Source: a virus | Virus record (IMG/VR): IMGVR_UViG_3300046690_000348 | Coordinates: 2,927-66,926 of that record | Direction: 5' to 3' (one strand) | DNA: 64,000 nt | Shown: piece by piece, positions 27,913 through 38,151 of the stretch | Position numbering within the stretch: the first letter of the stretch is position 1 | How the letters are laid out: each line of letters begins with the position of its first letter | Made by a program: the position numbers and the translations under genes | Notes under the pieces: model-generated | Told to the model about the DNA's origin: nothing | The model's database searches: none | What the model saw: only the letters and a program-made list of their open reading frames with translations

Positions 27913-30900
27913 GTGGCGATCCGTACCGTTGCTCAGGCTGCCGCCGACATCCGGCTGAGCGACACGAAGGCGAACGCCGACTTCGAGAAGATCCGTCGCG
28001 AACTGATCGCGAAGGCGACCCGCCTCGAACAGGACATGGCGCTCAAGGTGCCGGTCACGATCGACCAGGCCGCTCTGCGCAATGTCGCCGCCCGCGTGCA
28101 GCAGGGGATCCCGGCGATCGTCGTTCCGGTCACCCTCGACCAGACGTCATTGGCGGAGCAACTCGCTGGGCTTGCCTCGGCTGACGTTCCCGCCGTCGTC
28201 GTGCCGGTCATCGCCAACACGGACGAGGCGCTCGGTGACCTCGTCGCTCTCACCGAACTCGGTGGGGCCATCGACATCCCAGTCCGCATCACGACCGAGG
28301 GTGCGCTCAACAGCCTGACCGGTCTCGGCACCGGGTTCGCTGGGATCACCGTCCCGGTACGGGCCAGCACCCAAGAGGTGACGCAGGCGATCACGCAGGT
28401 GTCGCGATTGGCCGAGGGTCCGTTCACCGTCAAGTTCGTCGGTGACGTCGGTGACGTCAAGAGCAAGATCTCTGCGGTCGGCTCCGAGTTCCCCGAAGGT
28501 GTCAAAGTCCCGATCATCGCTGACAACTCGGAGGCCATCGCCTCGGTGCGAGCGGTCGGCGATTCGGCGCAGCCGGTCTCGGTGGCGGTGCTCGCCGACG
28601 TCTCCACGATCGCCCCGACCGTCGCGAAGGTCGACCTGCCACCGCTTCACGTCCCCGTCACGGCTGCCGACGTTGGACCCGGGATCGCCAAGAGTCCGGG
28701 GCTTGCCCGGATCCGAGCCGAACTCGACAACCTCGAAGCAAACCCGCCGCACATCAACCCGGTTGTTGACACCACCCAGGCTGTCAAGCAGATCACGGCG
28801 GTCTCTACCCTCGACTACCCGCCAGCGGTCCTGCCGGTCGTCGCTGACACCACCGCTGTCCCCGGGCAGGTAGCGGCCGTCACCGACAACGCCCAGCCGA
28901 TCCACGTGCCGGTCGCTGTCGACACCACCGTCGCCGACCAACAGATCCAGACCTTCGGGTCATCGCTCGGTCAGCAGATCGAGCCAGGGGCGACCCAAGG
29001 TGGGCGAGTCGCTGGGCAGGCGTTCGGCCGGGAGTTGCTGTCCACCGCGAACAGGGTCCTGTCGGTCGGCGCGCTCGCGGTGGGCGGACTGTTGGCGTCG
29101 AGCCTTGTTGAGGGCTTCCAACGATTCACCACGATCCAAGACTCGACGGCGTCGCTGACCGTCGCTCTCAACTCGGCAGCCAAGGCAGGCGCTCTCCTCG
29201 GCGATGTTCTCAACGTCGTGCGCGGCACGCCGTTCCGGTTGGACGACTTCGCGCGTGCTGCGACGAACATGGTGTCGTTCGGCATCGCCGCCCAGAAGGT
29301 GCCGCTGTACCTCACGGCCATCGGTGAAGCCGCTGCCACCCGCGGGTCGCAGGCCAACCAGTTCGCCCAGTCGCTCGCCACGATCTTCGGTCAGGTCCAG
29401 GCGATCGGCAAGATCAATGGTGAGGACATCTGGCAGTTCGGCAACGTCGGCGTCGACGCTCTCCGAATCCTGGGCAACACGGTCGGCAAGACCACCGCCG
29501 AGATCCGCAAGATGATCTCCGAGGGGGCCATCCCCGCCGGTTTCGCTCTCGACGCGTTGGCGCAAGGCATCCTCCACGGCACCGAAGGGGTGAACGGCGC
29601 GACCGTCGCGTTCTCGGGCGTCATGGAGAAGCTCGGCGACACCCTGTCGGGTTCGATCGAGAACTTCGGTGCGGCGAAGGCCCGGTTCGGTGTCGCCATC
29701 ATCGACCCGATCTCCAAGACCCTTGTCCACGGATTCCAGTCGTTCACGAAGGTCATTGACGACTTCACGGCCCGCACCAAGACAGCGTTCACGGGTCTTG
29801 AACAGTCACCCGTGTTCGAGGCCATCAACGAGTTCTTCACGAACGCCCCATCGCTCATCGAGCCGACGCTCCATGCGCTCGAAGATCTCGGACCGGCGCT
29901 CGCCCCACTGACCATCGCGTTCGGCGCTCTCGGCCTCGGTGCCTTGTCGGCGGCGCTCGGCCCGCTCGGCGCTCTCATCCCGGGCGTCACCGGTCTCGGC
30001 GGAGCGTTCGCCGTCGCCGCGACCTCGGCGGCGCTTCTGACCCCGGAGATCCGAGACGCGTTGATCCCAGCGTTGCAAGACCTGGGGGAGATCGGCGGCG
30101 AGGTCGGCGGCACCGTCGTGCGTGGCCTCGGCGAGGCCCTCGAAGGTGTCACCCCGGTTGTGGTCCGTGCGTTCGGTGTGCTGCGAGGTTTGGCGCCAGA
30201 CATCAGCACGTTCTTCACGACGTCGCTGGGTGCCATCGGTGGTCTCGGCCCCAAGATCACGCCGATCCTCAACGACCTCGTCACGTTCGCCGAGCAGGCG
30301 CTCCCGGTAGCGTTCCGTGCCGCCGGGCAGGGGGTGGTGGCGCTCACCGGGGTGGTCGACGCCGCTCTGCCGGTCGTGGACCAGTTGATCAAGGCTGCAA
30401 CCGATCTCGTGCCCACGTTCAATGCTCTGGTCTCCGCGACCGCTGCCATCGGCACGATCGCGATCCCTGTGCTCCAAGCCTTCGGTGATGTCATCGGGGA
30501 GATCCCGGTCGGTGTCCTGCAAACCCTGCTCGGTGTGTTCCTCGGGTTCAAGGCGATCAGTTTCTTCCAGACGCAGATCACGGGGATCTCGACATCGTTG
30601 GGTGGGTTCCGATCCTCGCTCCGATCGTCGGTATCGGACTTCCAGGAGTTCCGAGCCGCCGGGCAGGGCAGCTTCACCGCGTTGCGGTCCGAGCTTGCCA
30701 ACCTGACCAAGTCGGGTTCGGCCGCTCAGAGCTTCGGTCTCGCCGTGAGCGGCGCGTTCTCGGGCATGGCGCTGGAATCCGAGAACGCTGCAACGCGGAT
30801 CACGGGGGCGGTCGGCGCGATCGGGTCGGTGTTGGGTGGACTCGCCACGGGCGGCATCCAGGGCGGCGTGATCGCCGCTGCCGGTGTGGGCATCGGCCTC

Positions 30901-33630
30901 ATCGCCCAGCATTTCATCGACGCCAAGCGGGAGTCGGACGCGTTCAAGGCATCCGTTGATGAACTCGCCAAGTCGTTGGAAGGACTCAGCAACCCGGAGA
31001 CCACCGAAGCACTCGGCAAGAGGCTTCAAGACGACCTCATCAAGGCGCTGGGCGACATCGACATCAAGGACCTCCCGTTCTTGCAGAACTTCGACCTCGC
31101 AGCGATCGTCACGGAACGCCTCAACACCGGCACCGTCAGCATCCAGAACGTCATCGACCAGATCTTCGGTAACCTCAAGATCAACCCGAGCGCGATCGAC
31201 GGCCTGTTCGCTCAGGTGACGGCGAACGCCGAACAGTTCGGTGTCGACTTGAAGGACGTCGTAGACGACTTCGACGGATCGTTGGAGCGACTGCAAATCC
31301 AACGCAACGTCCGGGCATCGACCTTGGGAATCGACCCGGCGGCGCGCGCCGAGAACCAGGCTGCGCTCGACCAACTCGACGCCTTCATCGCAACGATCGA
31401 GTCGATCCAATCCCAGTTCAAGTCGGCAGGCATCGACGGCGACGCCTTGGCGACGATCATCGAGACCATCACCGATAAGACCTCCGGCTTCAACAAGGCC
31501 GTCGCCGAACGGGACCTCGCCGGAACATGGAAAACCACTACCGACGCCGTGGATGAAACCGCCGGTGCCGTCACGAATGCTGGCGACCAGGCCGCCGACG
31601 CGTTGGCGAAGTGGAAGCAGGCGCTCCTCGATGACGGCATCACGATGGAGGAACTGCGCGCCCAGGCCGAGGACCTCGGCAACGCGGCGGTCACCTCCGC
31701 CGATAAGGCCAGCGCCGCGTTCGAGCGATTCGGGAGCGTGCTTGATTCGATCAAGAGCAAGCTGGATCTGCGTATCCAGACGCAGAATCTCGACAAGGAC
31801 TTCGCCGATCTCAGCAAGTCGTTGACGTCGATCATCAACACCGAGGACCTCAAGAAAGCCGAGGGCATCGGTGATGACATCACCGCCGTCGAGAAGCGGA
31901 TCGCCGAACTCAAAGGCAAGCTGGCCGAGGAGAACGCCCGCGGGGATCTCCTGCGCGTCGACCTGCAACGCCGCATCGCCAAGGCCGAGTCGATCGGCGC
32001 TGTCAACGCCGCGGCGACGCTGCGCACCCAGTTGGAGGAGACGTTCTTCGGTGCCCGCGACATCCAGTCCGACATCGACGCCCAGTTCAACAAGATCGCC
32101 GAACTGCGCGGCAAGTTGTCGGAACTGAGCGCCGTCCCTCAAACGTTGCTCCAAAAGTTGACGGCGCAAGCCGCCGAAGCGAACCTGTCGTTCTTCGATT
32201 TCTTGTTGGCGGCGCCGACGCCCGAGGCGCAATCGTTCTTCCAGGATCAGATTGGCGGCTCGGTCAGCGATGCCTTGTCGCACGCCGCGGATGTCGCCGC
32301 GAAGGAAGGCCCGATCCAGGGGGCGCTCGCCGCCGAATCGTTCCTCGCCCCGTTCCGCCAATCACTGATTGATGGTGGCATCGACGCATCGACGGTCGAC
32401 AAGTTGATCGCCGAGGTGTGGCCCGCCGACAAGATCAAGCTCAGCAGTGAGGAGGCGGCGCAGGCCGCGGCGGATGCGTTCTTCGCCGAGGTCGACTCGA
32501 TCAACAACGCCCCGCCCGGCACGACGGTCGACCTGCCCGCCAAGATCACCGATCTCGACAAGCAGCAAACCGAGATCGAGAACTTCCTCAAGAACCACCC
32601 CGACATCAAGCTGCCGATCGGGTTGGACATCACCACGATGGAGAACGATCTCGGTGTCCTGCGCGAGCGCAACGCCCAGCAGATCATTGATGATCGCCTC
32701 GCCGCCGTCAAGGAAGCGGAGAAGGTCCAGTTGCTCGAAGGGTTCGGCGGTCCGGCGGCTGTCGCGCGCGCGTTCCCGACAGCGCAGGAGTTGGCCGAGG
32801 ACGCGGTTCAGACGATCAAGGACCAGGTCGACCAACTCAACGCGAGCGATGAGAACGTCATCGACCTCAAGCCGAAGATCGACAACATCGACAGCGAGAT
32901 CGCTGACCTGAACACGATCCTTCAAGATCCGAAGAACCATGTCGTGCTCGCCGCCGAGTTCGACCCGGACGCGTTGAAGGCAGCGTTCGAGGAGGCCGTC
33001 CGTAAGGCCACCGCCGAGTCGGCGCTGCCCTCGATCTTCAACGCCAGTCGCCCGGTGGCGCCGCCGCCCCCGCCACCTGCCAACAACTTCGGGCAGCCGC
33101 CGCCCCCGCCCGGGTTCCATTGGGTGCTTCGCCGCGGCCACCCCGTCCTGGTCCCGCTCGACGTCAACTTCGCTGACGGCGGCATCCACGGCTTCGTGAT
33201 CGACGCACCCCACACCGCCCAGATCGCTCACGGCTCCCGAACCTGGGCCGAGCCGGAAACCGGCGGCGAAGCGTACCTGCCGCTCGCGAAGGGCAAGCGC
33301 AAGTCGGCGCTCGGCGTGTTCATGCAAGTCGCCGACATCTTCGACCTCGACGTCCAACCACGCAGCAAGTCGAATCTCCCCGATCCTGGCTTCCCGGAAC
33401 TGACCCACATGTTCCAAGCCGTTGACGCACGGACCGTTGACACGCAGACTGTTCGCAACGCGGTGATCGACGCCATGCACGCCATTCGTCGCCCAGCGAC
33501 ACAGGAGGATTTGGAGCGCAACGTGATCATCGAGCGAATCGAGCAACTCACCATCGGGCCGGGCGAGACACCGCGCAAGCGGGCGTCGGAGTTCGTGCGT
33601 GAGATGCGGCTCCGGGCGGCACGGATATGA
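27913..33630 (+). CDS. tape measure protein (~1905 aa)
   Basis: TPF.LDD.....M..FG tape-measure domain, long helical Ala/Gly region, C-terminal FADGG...WAEPETGGEAYLPL; start placed at GTG 27913, 7 nt after TAGTGT. Confidence 0.92.
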   Translation: MAIRTVAQAAADIRLSDTKANADFEKIRRELIAKATRLEQDMALKVPVTIDQAALRNVAARVQQGIPAIVVPVTLDQTSLAEQLAGLASADVPAVVVPVIANTDEALGDLVALTELGGAIDIPVRITTEGALNSLTGLGTGFAGITVPVRASTQEVTQAITQVSRLAEGPFTVKFVGDVGDVKSKISAVGSEFPEGVKVPIIADNSEAIASVRAVGDSAQPVSVAVLADVSTIAPTVAKVDLPPLHVPVTAADVGPGIAKSPGLARIRAELDNLEANPPHINPVVDTTQAVKQITAVSTLDYPPAVLPVVADTTAVPGQVAAVTDNAQPIHVPVAVDTTVADQQIQTFGSSLGQQIEPGATQGGRVAGQAFGRELLSTANRVLSVGALAVGGLLASSLVEGFQRFTTIQDSTASLTVALNSAAKAGALLGDVLNVVRGTPFRLDDFARAATNMVSFGIAAQKVPLYLTAIGEAAATRGSQANQFAQSLATIFGQVQAIGKINGEDIWQFGNVGVDALRILGNTVGKTTAEIRKMISEGAIPAGFALDALAQGILHGTEGVNGATVAFSGVMEKLGDTLSGSIENFGAAKARFGVAIIDPISKTLVHGFQSFTKVIDDFTARTKTAFTGLEQSPVFEAINEFFTNAPSLIEPTLHALEDLGPALAPLTIAFGALGLGALSAALGPLGALIPGVTGLGGAFAVAATSAALLTPEIRDALIPALQDLGEIGGEVGGTVVRGLGEALEGVTPVVVRAFGVLRGLAPDISTFFTTSLGAIGGLGPKITPILNDLVTFAEQALPVAFRAAGQGVVALTGVVDAALPVVDQLIKAATDLVPTFNALVSATAAIGTIAIPVLQAFGDVIGEIPVGVLQTLLGVFLGFKAISFFQTQITGISTSLGGFRSSLRSSVSDFQEFRAAGQGSFTALRSELANLTKSGSAAQSFGLAVSGAFSGMALESENAATRITGAVGAIGSVLGGLATGGIQGGVIAAAGVGIGLIAQHFIDAKRESDAFKASVDELAKSLEGLSNPETTEALGKRLQDDLIKALGDIDIKDLPFLQNFDLAAIVTERLNTGTVSIQNVIDQIFGNLKINPSAIDGLFAQVTANAEQFGVDLKDVVDDFDGSLERLQIQRNVRASTLGIDPAARAENQAALDQLDAFIATIESIQSQFKSAGIDGDALATIIETITDKTSGFNKAVAERDLAGTWKTTTDAVDETAGAVTNAGDQAADALAKWKQALLDDGITMEELRAQAEDLGNAAVTSADKASAAFERFGSVLDSIKSKLDLRIQTQNLDKDFADLSKSLTSIINTEDLKKAEGIGDDITAVEKRIAELKGKLAEENARGDLLRVDLQRRIAKAESIGAVNAAATLRTQLEETFFGARDIQSDIDAQFNKIAELRGKLSELSAVPQTLLQKLTAQAAEANLSFFDFLLAAPTPEAQSFFQDQIGGSVSDALSHAADVAAKEGPIQGALAAESFLAPFRQSLIDGGIDASTVDKLIAEVWPADKIKLSSEEAAQAAADAFFAEVDSINNAPPGTTVDLPAKITDLDKQQTEIENFLKNHPDIKLPIGLDITTMENDLGVLRERNAQQIIDDRLAAVKEAEKVQLLEGFGGPAAVARAFPTAQELAEDAVQTIKDQVDQLNASDENVIDLKPKIDNIDSEIADLNTILQDPKNHVVLAAEFDPDALKAAFEEAVRKATAESALPSIFNASRPVAPPPPPPANNFGQPPPPPGFHWVLRRGHPVLVPLDVNFADGGIHGFVIDAPHTAQIAHGSRTWAEPETGGEAYLPLAKGKRKSALGVFMQVADIFDLDVQPRSKSNLPDPGFPELTHMFQAVDARTVDTQTVRNAVIDAMHAIRRPATQEDLERNVIIERIEQLTIGPGETPRKRASEFVREMRLRAARI

Positions 33631-34121
33631 CGTACACGGCATGGACCCCGTTCGGGTGTGACCCTGGTTGCAACGGCACACTCACCGTCGACTCGTTCTC
33701 GCTGAACACGCCCGGGTGGATGGTGTACAACCTGTCATCGTTGTGGTTCGAGGCGAACTACCGCGGCACGAACCGGCCGATCCCGCGTTACCCGGGCACG
33801 ATCGGCTACCCGAAGCGGCTCGACCCGTACGACTTCTCGCTCGTGTTCTGGGTCACCGGCCTGCTCGATGGTTCCGGCGCCCCGTGGTCGGACCCGTGGG
33901 AGGGTCTCGAACAGAACCTTGAGGATCTGTGGGACGCCGTGTTCTCCCCGGTCACGTCCGGCGATGGTGCGCGTGGCTGCACGCTGACGACACCGTCCGG
34001 CACGGACCGCACGGCACGCGTCCAGTTCCAGCCGCTCCGCAAGAACGCCGAGATCACCGACGCCACACTGGCCGAGTTCGTGATGTCCGGGACCATCCTC
34101 GAAGGCCGCTTCTCGGCGTGA
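33627..34121 (+). CDS. distal tail (Dit)-like protein
   Basis: Directly after the tape measure gene; RG.N..IP...G motif. Confidence 0.65.
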   Translation: MTYTAWTPFGCDPGCNGTLTVDSFSLNTPGWMVYNLSSLWFEANYRGTNRPIPRYPGTIGYPKRLDPYDFSLVFWVTGLLDGSGAPWSDPWEGLEQNLEDLWDAVFSPVTSGDGARGCTLTTPSGTDRTARVQFQPLRKNAEITDATLAEFVMSGTILEGRFSA

Positions 34122-34162
34122 TGGTTACATCGTTGTAGTCCCTGCGGCTACGCTGCGGTTTC

Positions 34163-34570
34163 GTGAGCGACCTCTACCCATCAGCGAGGACGAGGGCAGC
34201 GACGAGCGGTTTGGGTTGGACGACGAACGACATTCGGATTGTCCTGGTGGACTCGGGTTACGTGTACTCCGAGGCGCACGACTTCCTCGATGACGTCGGC
34301 GTCGGGACGCGCGTCGCCACCTCGGCTGCGCTGGCAGGCAAGACAGTCGTCGGCGGTGTCGCTGACGCCAACGATGTCGTGTTCACCGCGCTCGCCGGTG
34401 ACGCCGTCGCAGGCATCGTGATCTACCAGCACACCGGCGTCGACTCGACTGCTCCGCTGATCCTGTTCTACGACCGCACCGCGACCGGCAGCCTCATCGC
34501 CTACTCGCCGTCCGGTGTCGACACCACCGTCCGTTGGAACAACGGCGCGACCAAGATGTTCAAGGTCTAG
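34163..34570 (+). CDS. small virion adaptor-like protein (paralog family A)
   Basis: DIRIVLVD...FLDDV...DANDVVF...PLI..P.G.D..V.W; resembles 55508-55981 and 57065-57529. Confidence 0.7.
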   Translation: MSDLYPSARTRAATSGLGWTTNDIRIVLVDSGYVYSEAHDFLDDVGVGTRVATSAALAGKTVVGGVADANDVVFTALAGDAVAGIVIYQHTGVDSTAPLILFYDRTATGSLIAYSPSGVDTTVRWNNGATKMFKV

Positions 34571-34578
34571 GAGACGAC

Positions 34579-34983
34579 ATGGCAGTACCCGGCTACAACG
34601 TCACGCTGCGCAACAACCAGCTTGACCAGATCACGTCATTCGCCGGAAGCGCGGCTCTGCTTCGGATCTACGACGGGACGCGCCCCGCGACCGGCGGGGC
34701 GATCACGACCCAGAACTTGTTGTCCGAGCACACGTGCGGAACCCCGTTCGCCGCTGGCGCTTCCGGCGGGGTGCTCACCGCCAACGCCATCGCCGACGAC
34801 GCCTCCGCCAACTTTTCCGGCACCGCAAGCTGGGCGAGACTCGTCAAGTCGGACGGCACCACCCACGTGATGGATCTCGATGTCGGCACGGTCGGCACGT
34901 CCGTCATCATCAACACGACGACGATCGTCGCCGCCGCCCCAGTCCAAGTCACTTCGTTCGTAGTCACGCGAGGGAACCCGTAA
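34579..34983 (+). CDS. small virion structural protein
   Basis: RNNQLD...LRIYDGTRPA...GTASWARL pattern common in phage tail regions; AGGAGA SD. Confidence 0.75.
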   Translation: MAVPGYNVTLRNNQLDQITSFAGSAALLRIYDGTRPATGGAITTQNLLSEHTCGTPFAAGASGGVLTANAIADDASANFSGTASWARLVKSDGTTHVMDLDVGTVGTSVIINTTTIVAAAPVQVTSFVVTRGNP

Positions 34984-35798
34984 TGGCGATCGGAACCGTC
35001 GACGCAGCCATCGCCGGGGCAGTCGCCCCCTTCGAGTGGCAGAAGGCCGGTATCTCGATGCGCCAGGCGGGCACCCTGCATTCGCTCGCCTACACCGCCG
35101 GGAACCCGGGAGCGATGGTGCCACCGACCTCGGGCATCAACGGAGCAGCGGTTGACGACTCGCGCGCCGGTCTGATTCCGTTCACGAACTCCGCCAGTTC
35201 GTACTGCTTCCGTTTGTCCTGCGCAGCGAGTCAACCCGGAACTTTGTTTCTGATCGACCGGTTGTGGGACAACAGTTCGATCACAGTCACGACCACGACC
35301 CAGCAGGCGATCACGTCGCCGACGTGGCCCGCCCGTGACCGGTTCGGATCAACGAACGGTGATGGTGTCCTACTCGGCCTCGAAGTATCGACGCAGACCT
35401 CGAACGCCAACACCGGCGCGACCGTGCAGTACACCAACTCGGCGGGCACGGCGACACGTACGGCCACATGGTCCTCGACGGCGACCACGTACTCGTTGCC
35501 GTCGTCGGCGACCGCCGGGACGTTCGTGCCGTTCCTGTTGAACGCTGGTGACGTCGGAGTGCGTTCGGTTCAGGGTCTCACCTTGAACGCCTCGCTGGGT
35601 GCCGGTGTCGTCCACCTCGTCGCCTACCGGGTGATCACCCGCCTGTCATGTCTCGTCTCTCAAGTGGAGAATGCGATCGACCTCGTCACTGGCGGCGCCG
35701 CCCGGATCTACGACGACTCGGCAATGTTCTTCGTGTGGAACCCGACGACCACAACGGCGCTCTCAGCCTCCGGGCAACTGATCCTGACGCAAGGCTGA
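34983..35798 (+). CDS. virion structural protein
   Basis: L.LIDRLW, V.YTNSAGT..RT, L.AGD.GVRSVQ; TAATG coupling. Confidence 0.75.
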   Translation: MAIGTVDAAIAGAVAPFEWQKAGISMRQAGTLHSLAYTAGNPGAMVPPTSGINGAAVDDSRAGLIPFTNSASSYCFRLSCAASQPGTLFLIDRLWDNSSITVTTTTQQAITSPTWPARDRFGSTNGDGVLLGLEVSTQTSNANTGATVQYTNSAGTATRTATWSSTATTYSLPSSATAGTFVPFLLNAGDVGVRSVQGLTLNASLGAGVVHLVAYRVITRLSCLVSQVENAIDLVTGGAARIYDDSAMFFVWNPTTTTALSASGQLILTQG

Positions 35799-35802
35799 CC
35801 TC

Positions 35803-38151
35803 ATGGCCTTGTTCATGGGGCGCGCAGACGATCCGCTGATTTCAGCGTGGTTGCGTTCCGCGGAGCAGATCCTCCCGCGAGTCAAGGACTCGGGGCGCGA
35901 CTCGGGTCAGATCATCTGGACAACAGCCCTGTTCGGCACCTACCTGGCGTCAGTCCGCTTCACCGAGGACAACGACGTCGTCGCCGCGACGGCGAACCAG
36001 AACCGTGCCGCCTATGTCCGATACACCGAGGACAACGACGTCGTCGCCGCCGTCATGTTCGCCGTTCCGACATCGCGTGTCGCGTACACAGAGGCGAGCG
36101 ATGTCGTATCTGCCGTCGCCAAGTCCGGCTTCCAGATGGCGGTCGTGTTCACCGATGACAGCGACGTTGTCGCCGCCGTGGCGTATTCGTTCTTCAATAC
36201 GATCTCGGCAGGGACGGTCGACGCATCGGCGTTGATCGGCCCAACGATCGAAGTTGGCCCGGTTGTCGATGAGCTACCGGCTATCGCCTCAATCGACGGG
36301 TCGAGCACTCCGGTCGGCCCGCTCTACATCGCCGACGAGGATGACCCGATCTTCACGACCGGGATCTTCATTCGCCTGTTCGCCGCCGATGGGGTCACCG
36401 CCCTCGATGACCTGGAACACGCAGCCGATGTCGTCTGGTTCGATGAGGCCAACGGCTCGGGCAGCGGGTCTTTCACACTGCCGCTGACCGACGCGGCGAC
36501 GGCCGCTCTGTGTACGCCCGGCAAGCTCGTGCGCTGCTACCTGTACGGGGTCGAAGCGTTCACGTGGGAGATCGGCGGACCGCCCGAGCGGGCCGAACTG
36601 AAACCCGGCGAGGAAGCCGACGAGAACTTCAACTTCGCCGGGCAAGGCTGGTTGGGGCTGCTCGATGACGTCATCGTGGAACCCGCCATCCCTGTCCTCG
36701 AAGGCGAGCCGGATCTCTCCAATCCGTTCGGCGGGCGGGACCGGGTGTTCTCCTTCGCATCCCCGGACTACCCGAACGACTGGTGGGCGCACGCCTACGA
36801 GCATTACGAGTTCCTCGACCTGCAACCGTTCCGTTTCCAAACGGTCGAGACGTTGGAGGATGTGTTTGACGACCTCGCTTCGCCGGTGGGGATGCCGTAC
36901 CCGTACTCGGACATCTATGACCATCGGGTGTTCTGGATCTGGCCCGGCCTCAACTTCTTCGAGGAAGGCTGGGGGTTCTTCCGAGGCATCTTGATCGACC
37001 CGCCGAGCGGAACACAGTTGACGATCTCGGTATCGGCCGACAACCTGTTCATCTTGTACGTCGACGGTGTCCCGATTCTCGGGGAGATGGCCGACACGTT
37101 GATGTGGACCGGCTACAAAGAGGTCACCGTTCAACTCAACGAGTCGCGCTGGTACATGTTCGGTGCGGCCGTGCTGAACACCGCGGGGACCGGCGGCTAC
37201 AACCCGGGCGGCTGGTTGTGCGCCTCCTACTTCCCTGACTCTCAGGGGATCCCGGCCGAACCGGCGTTGTGGTCCGACGCGAACTGGACGGCCGTGTTCT
37301 CCGCCAACGCCTGGCCTGGCTGGACGGCCGGGCAGATCATGGAACGCCTCCTGTTCGAGGGCAACACCCGCAACGCCGTCAACGGGGCGATGACCTACAC
37401 GTTCTCGGCGTTCTCAGATTCGCATGGTCTGCCGTGGACAGTGCTGATCAACGGCGTGTACAGCGAGTTCGTGCCGACGTTCGCGGTGCGTGTCGGATCG
37501 TCGGTCCTCGAAGCGTTGGCCCAGTTGCATGACGAGGGCTGGATCAACTTCCACATGCGCCCAGGCACGACCATGCTCGACATGTGGTCCTATGACACGC
37601 CACCGCAGAACTCGGGGATCACACTCGAAGTCTCGACCGACACGTTCCTCGGGAATCTGATGGACGTCGAACGGCAACCCGACGCCCAGTTGGCGAACGC
37701 ACTCCTCGTCGCCTACGACGATGGCGCCTCCACGAAATACGTGCGGTGCAGCGACGCCGGGTCGATCGCCCTCTACGGCAAACACGAGGAGGTGTGGGAC
37801 TCGGGTGGCACCTCGCCCGACGAGGCGACCCGAGCGGGCAACGTCGAACTCCGCAAGCGCGCCGTCAACGAGGAAGGCGGAGCGATCGTCGCCGTGATCG
37901 AACCGCGCAGCATGGCGGAGATGCCGTACCACGCGTTCAACGTGCTCGACTCCGTAGCGTTCCCGTCGCTCGCTGGCGGCACGTTCAACCCGGTCGTCTA
38001 CTCCATCGGCGTCAAGGACGATGGCGACGGCAATCCGATCATCACGCTCGAACTGAACCGGCGTTGGCCTGACGTCACCCGCGACACATCGAAGTTGCTG
38101 CGCACCCTCGGCGGCAAGACCGAGGTCAGTTCCTTGAAGGGACGCCTGTGA
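35803..38151 (+). CDS. minor tail/hub protein with N-terminal TEDNDVVAA repeats and an inserted galactose-binding-like domain
   Basis: Four F/Y-TE(D)xxDVVAA repeats, ANGSGSGSFTL, SADN.F.LYVDG, N.LLV...SIALYG..E. Confidence 0.7.
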   Translation: MALFMGRADDPLISAWLRSAEQILPRVKDSGRDSGQIIWTTALFGTYLASVRFTEDNDVVAATANQNRAAYVRYTEDNDVVAAVMFAVPTSRVAYTEASDVVSAVAKSGFQMAVVFTDDSDVVAAVAYSFFNTISAGTVDASALIGPTIEVGPVVDELPAIASIDGSSTPVGPLYIADEDDPIFTTGIFIRLFAADGVTALDDLEHAADVVWFDEANGSGSGSFTLPLTDAATAALCTPGKLVRCYLYGVEAFTWEIGGPPERAELKPGEEADENFNFAGQGWLGLLDDVIVEPAIPVLEGEPDLSNPFGGRDRVFSFASPDYPNDWWAHAYEHYEFLDLQPFRFQTVETLEDVFDDLASPVGMPYPYSDIYDHRVFWIWPGLNFFEEGWGFFRGILIDPPSGTQLTISVSADNLFILYVDGVPILGEMADTLMWTGYKEVTVQLNESRWYMFGAAVLNTAGTGGYNPGGWLCASYFPDSQGIPAEPALWSDANWTAVFSANAWPGWTAGQIMERLLFEGNTRNAVNGAMTYTFSAFSDSHGLPWTVLINGVYSEFVPTFAVRVGSSVLEALAQLHDEGWINFHMRPGTTMLDMWSYDTPPQNSGITLEVSTDTFLGNLMDVERQPDAQLANALLVAYDDGASTKYVRCSDAGSIALYGKHEEVWDSGGTSPDEATRAGNVELRKRAVNEEGGAIVAVIEPRSMAEMPYHAFNVLDSVAFPSLAGGTFNPVVYSIGVKDDGDGNPIITLELNRRWPDVTRDTSKLLRTLGGKTEVSSLKGRL

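Noticed and set aside
29391-33681. Long minus-strand ORFs (e.g. 29806-32361) and similar shadows over the capsid, protease and LVIVD genes
   Set aside because: Antisense shadows of real genes caused by high-GC codon bias; no motifs
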